Source of the DNA: Ranitomeya imitator
Lineage: Eukaryota
Length of the DNA stretch: 64,000 bases
Assembly: GCF_032444005.1 (NCBI RefSeq)
Contig: NC_091289.1
Location: 17,298,001 to 17,362,000, forward strand
Reading direction: 5' to 3'
Every line of letters begins with the position of its first letter. Position 1 is the stretch's first letter. Both the position numbers and the translations under genes were made by a program. This document shows positions 63,016 through 64,000 of the stretch, in pieces. A model generated the notes under the pieces. It was not told where the DNA came from and searched no databases. It was given only the letters and a program-made list of their open reading frames with translations.

Positions 63016-63836
63016 TGTTGTGAATTCTGTGGTCAAGCTCCCTCCTGTGGTCATGAGTGGTACTTCGGCTGGTTCTGTCTATGAGCTTCCTCTGGTGGAT
63101 GTGAGTGGGGCTGCGGCTTCTGAGTTTCCTTCCTCAGGTAACGAGGTTAAGTCGTTAGGTGCTGCTCTATTTAACTCCACCTAGTTCTTTGTTCCTTGCC
63201 TCCAGTCAATGTTCCAGTATTGGTCTTGCTCTCTCCTGGATCGTTCTTGTGGCCTGTCTGCCCTGCATAAGCTAAGTTTTGCTTGTGTTACTTTTGTTTG
63301 CTATTCTATCTGTCCAGCTTGCTATATTGGTTTTTCTTGCTTGCTGGAAGCCCTGAGACGCAGAGGGAGCACCTCCGTACCGTTAGTCGGTGCGGAGGGT
63401 CTTTTTGCGCCCTCTGCGTGGTTGTTTGTAGGTTTTTGTGCTGGCCGCAAAACTATCTTTCCTATCCTCGGTCTATTCAGTAAGTCGGGCATCACTTTGC
63501 TAAAATCTATTTCATCCCTGTGTTTGTATTTTCATCTTTACTCACAGTCATTATATGTGGGGGGCTGCCTTTTCCTTTGGGGAATTTCTCTGAGGCAAGG
63601 TAGGCTTATTTTTCTATCTTCAGGGCTAGCTAGTTTCTCAGGCTGTGCCCGAGGCGCCTAGGTCTGGTCAGGAGCGCTCCACGGTTACCTCTAGTGTGGT
63701 ATGATAGGATTAGGGATTGCGGTCAGCAGAGTTCCCACGTCTCAGAGCTTGTCCTATGTTATTAGTAACTATCAGGTCACTTTGTGTGCTCTTAACCACT
63801 AGGTCCATTGTGGTTCTGAATCACCAGTTCATAACA
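63016..63836 (+). mobile_element. Solo LTR (821 bp) with 6-bp TSD CTGACC
   Basis: CTGACC|TGTTGTGAATTC...GTTCATAACA|CTGACC; TATA-like CTATTTAA at about 63167. Confidence 0.95.
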
Positions 63837-64000
63837 CTGACCTTGATTTCCAGAGACGCATGTGATGTTTGAAGATTTGTCCATGACGGTTCCCGGTTAC
63901 TATCACATTGTCTTGATAACTTGATATGACCATTCAGTAGTCTCATAAAGATGGGTGACCACATCAATGGGGACTTCTCCTGGCCACCATTAAGGTAGTC

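Overview
Repeat-dominated vertebrate genomic scaffold with four N gaps. The repeat families look anuran and resemble poison-frog (Dendrobatidae-like) assemblies; this is recall-based inference, not a database match. No complete host gene is recognisable. A CpG-rich GC-box promoter with a strong minus-strand splice donor near 30.06-30.6 kb and a few phase-compatible candidate exons suggest a gene or lncRNA running leftwards. Most sequence is transposon-derived: CR1 x2, an RTE LINE, Tc1, non-autonomous Helitrons x3, solo LTRs, Harbinger/Kolobok/hAT-like MITEs and a tRNA-derived SINE. Ten unrelated tandem arrays are present (15-40 bp units), the largest a 12.4-kb 35-bp satellite. Most notable observations: five TE insertions all hit the same AT-rich part of the 35-bp monomer; the CR1 tail shares microhomology with that target; a SINE Pol III A-box head is amplified into about 21 tandem copies; a 40-bp array carries dozens of YY1-consensus sites; and a uORF-laden first exon/promoter sits directly against the satellite. 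I found no convincing novel protein-coding system. Most long ORFs in the track are read-throughs of repeats.
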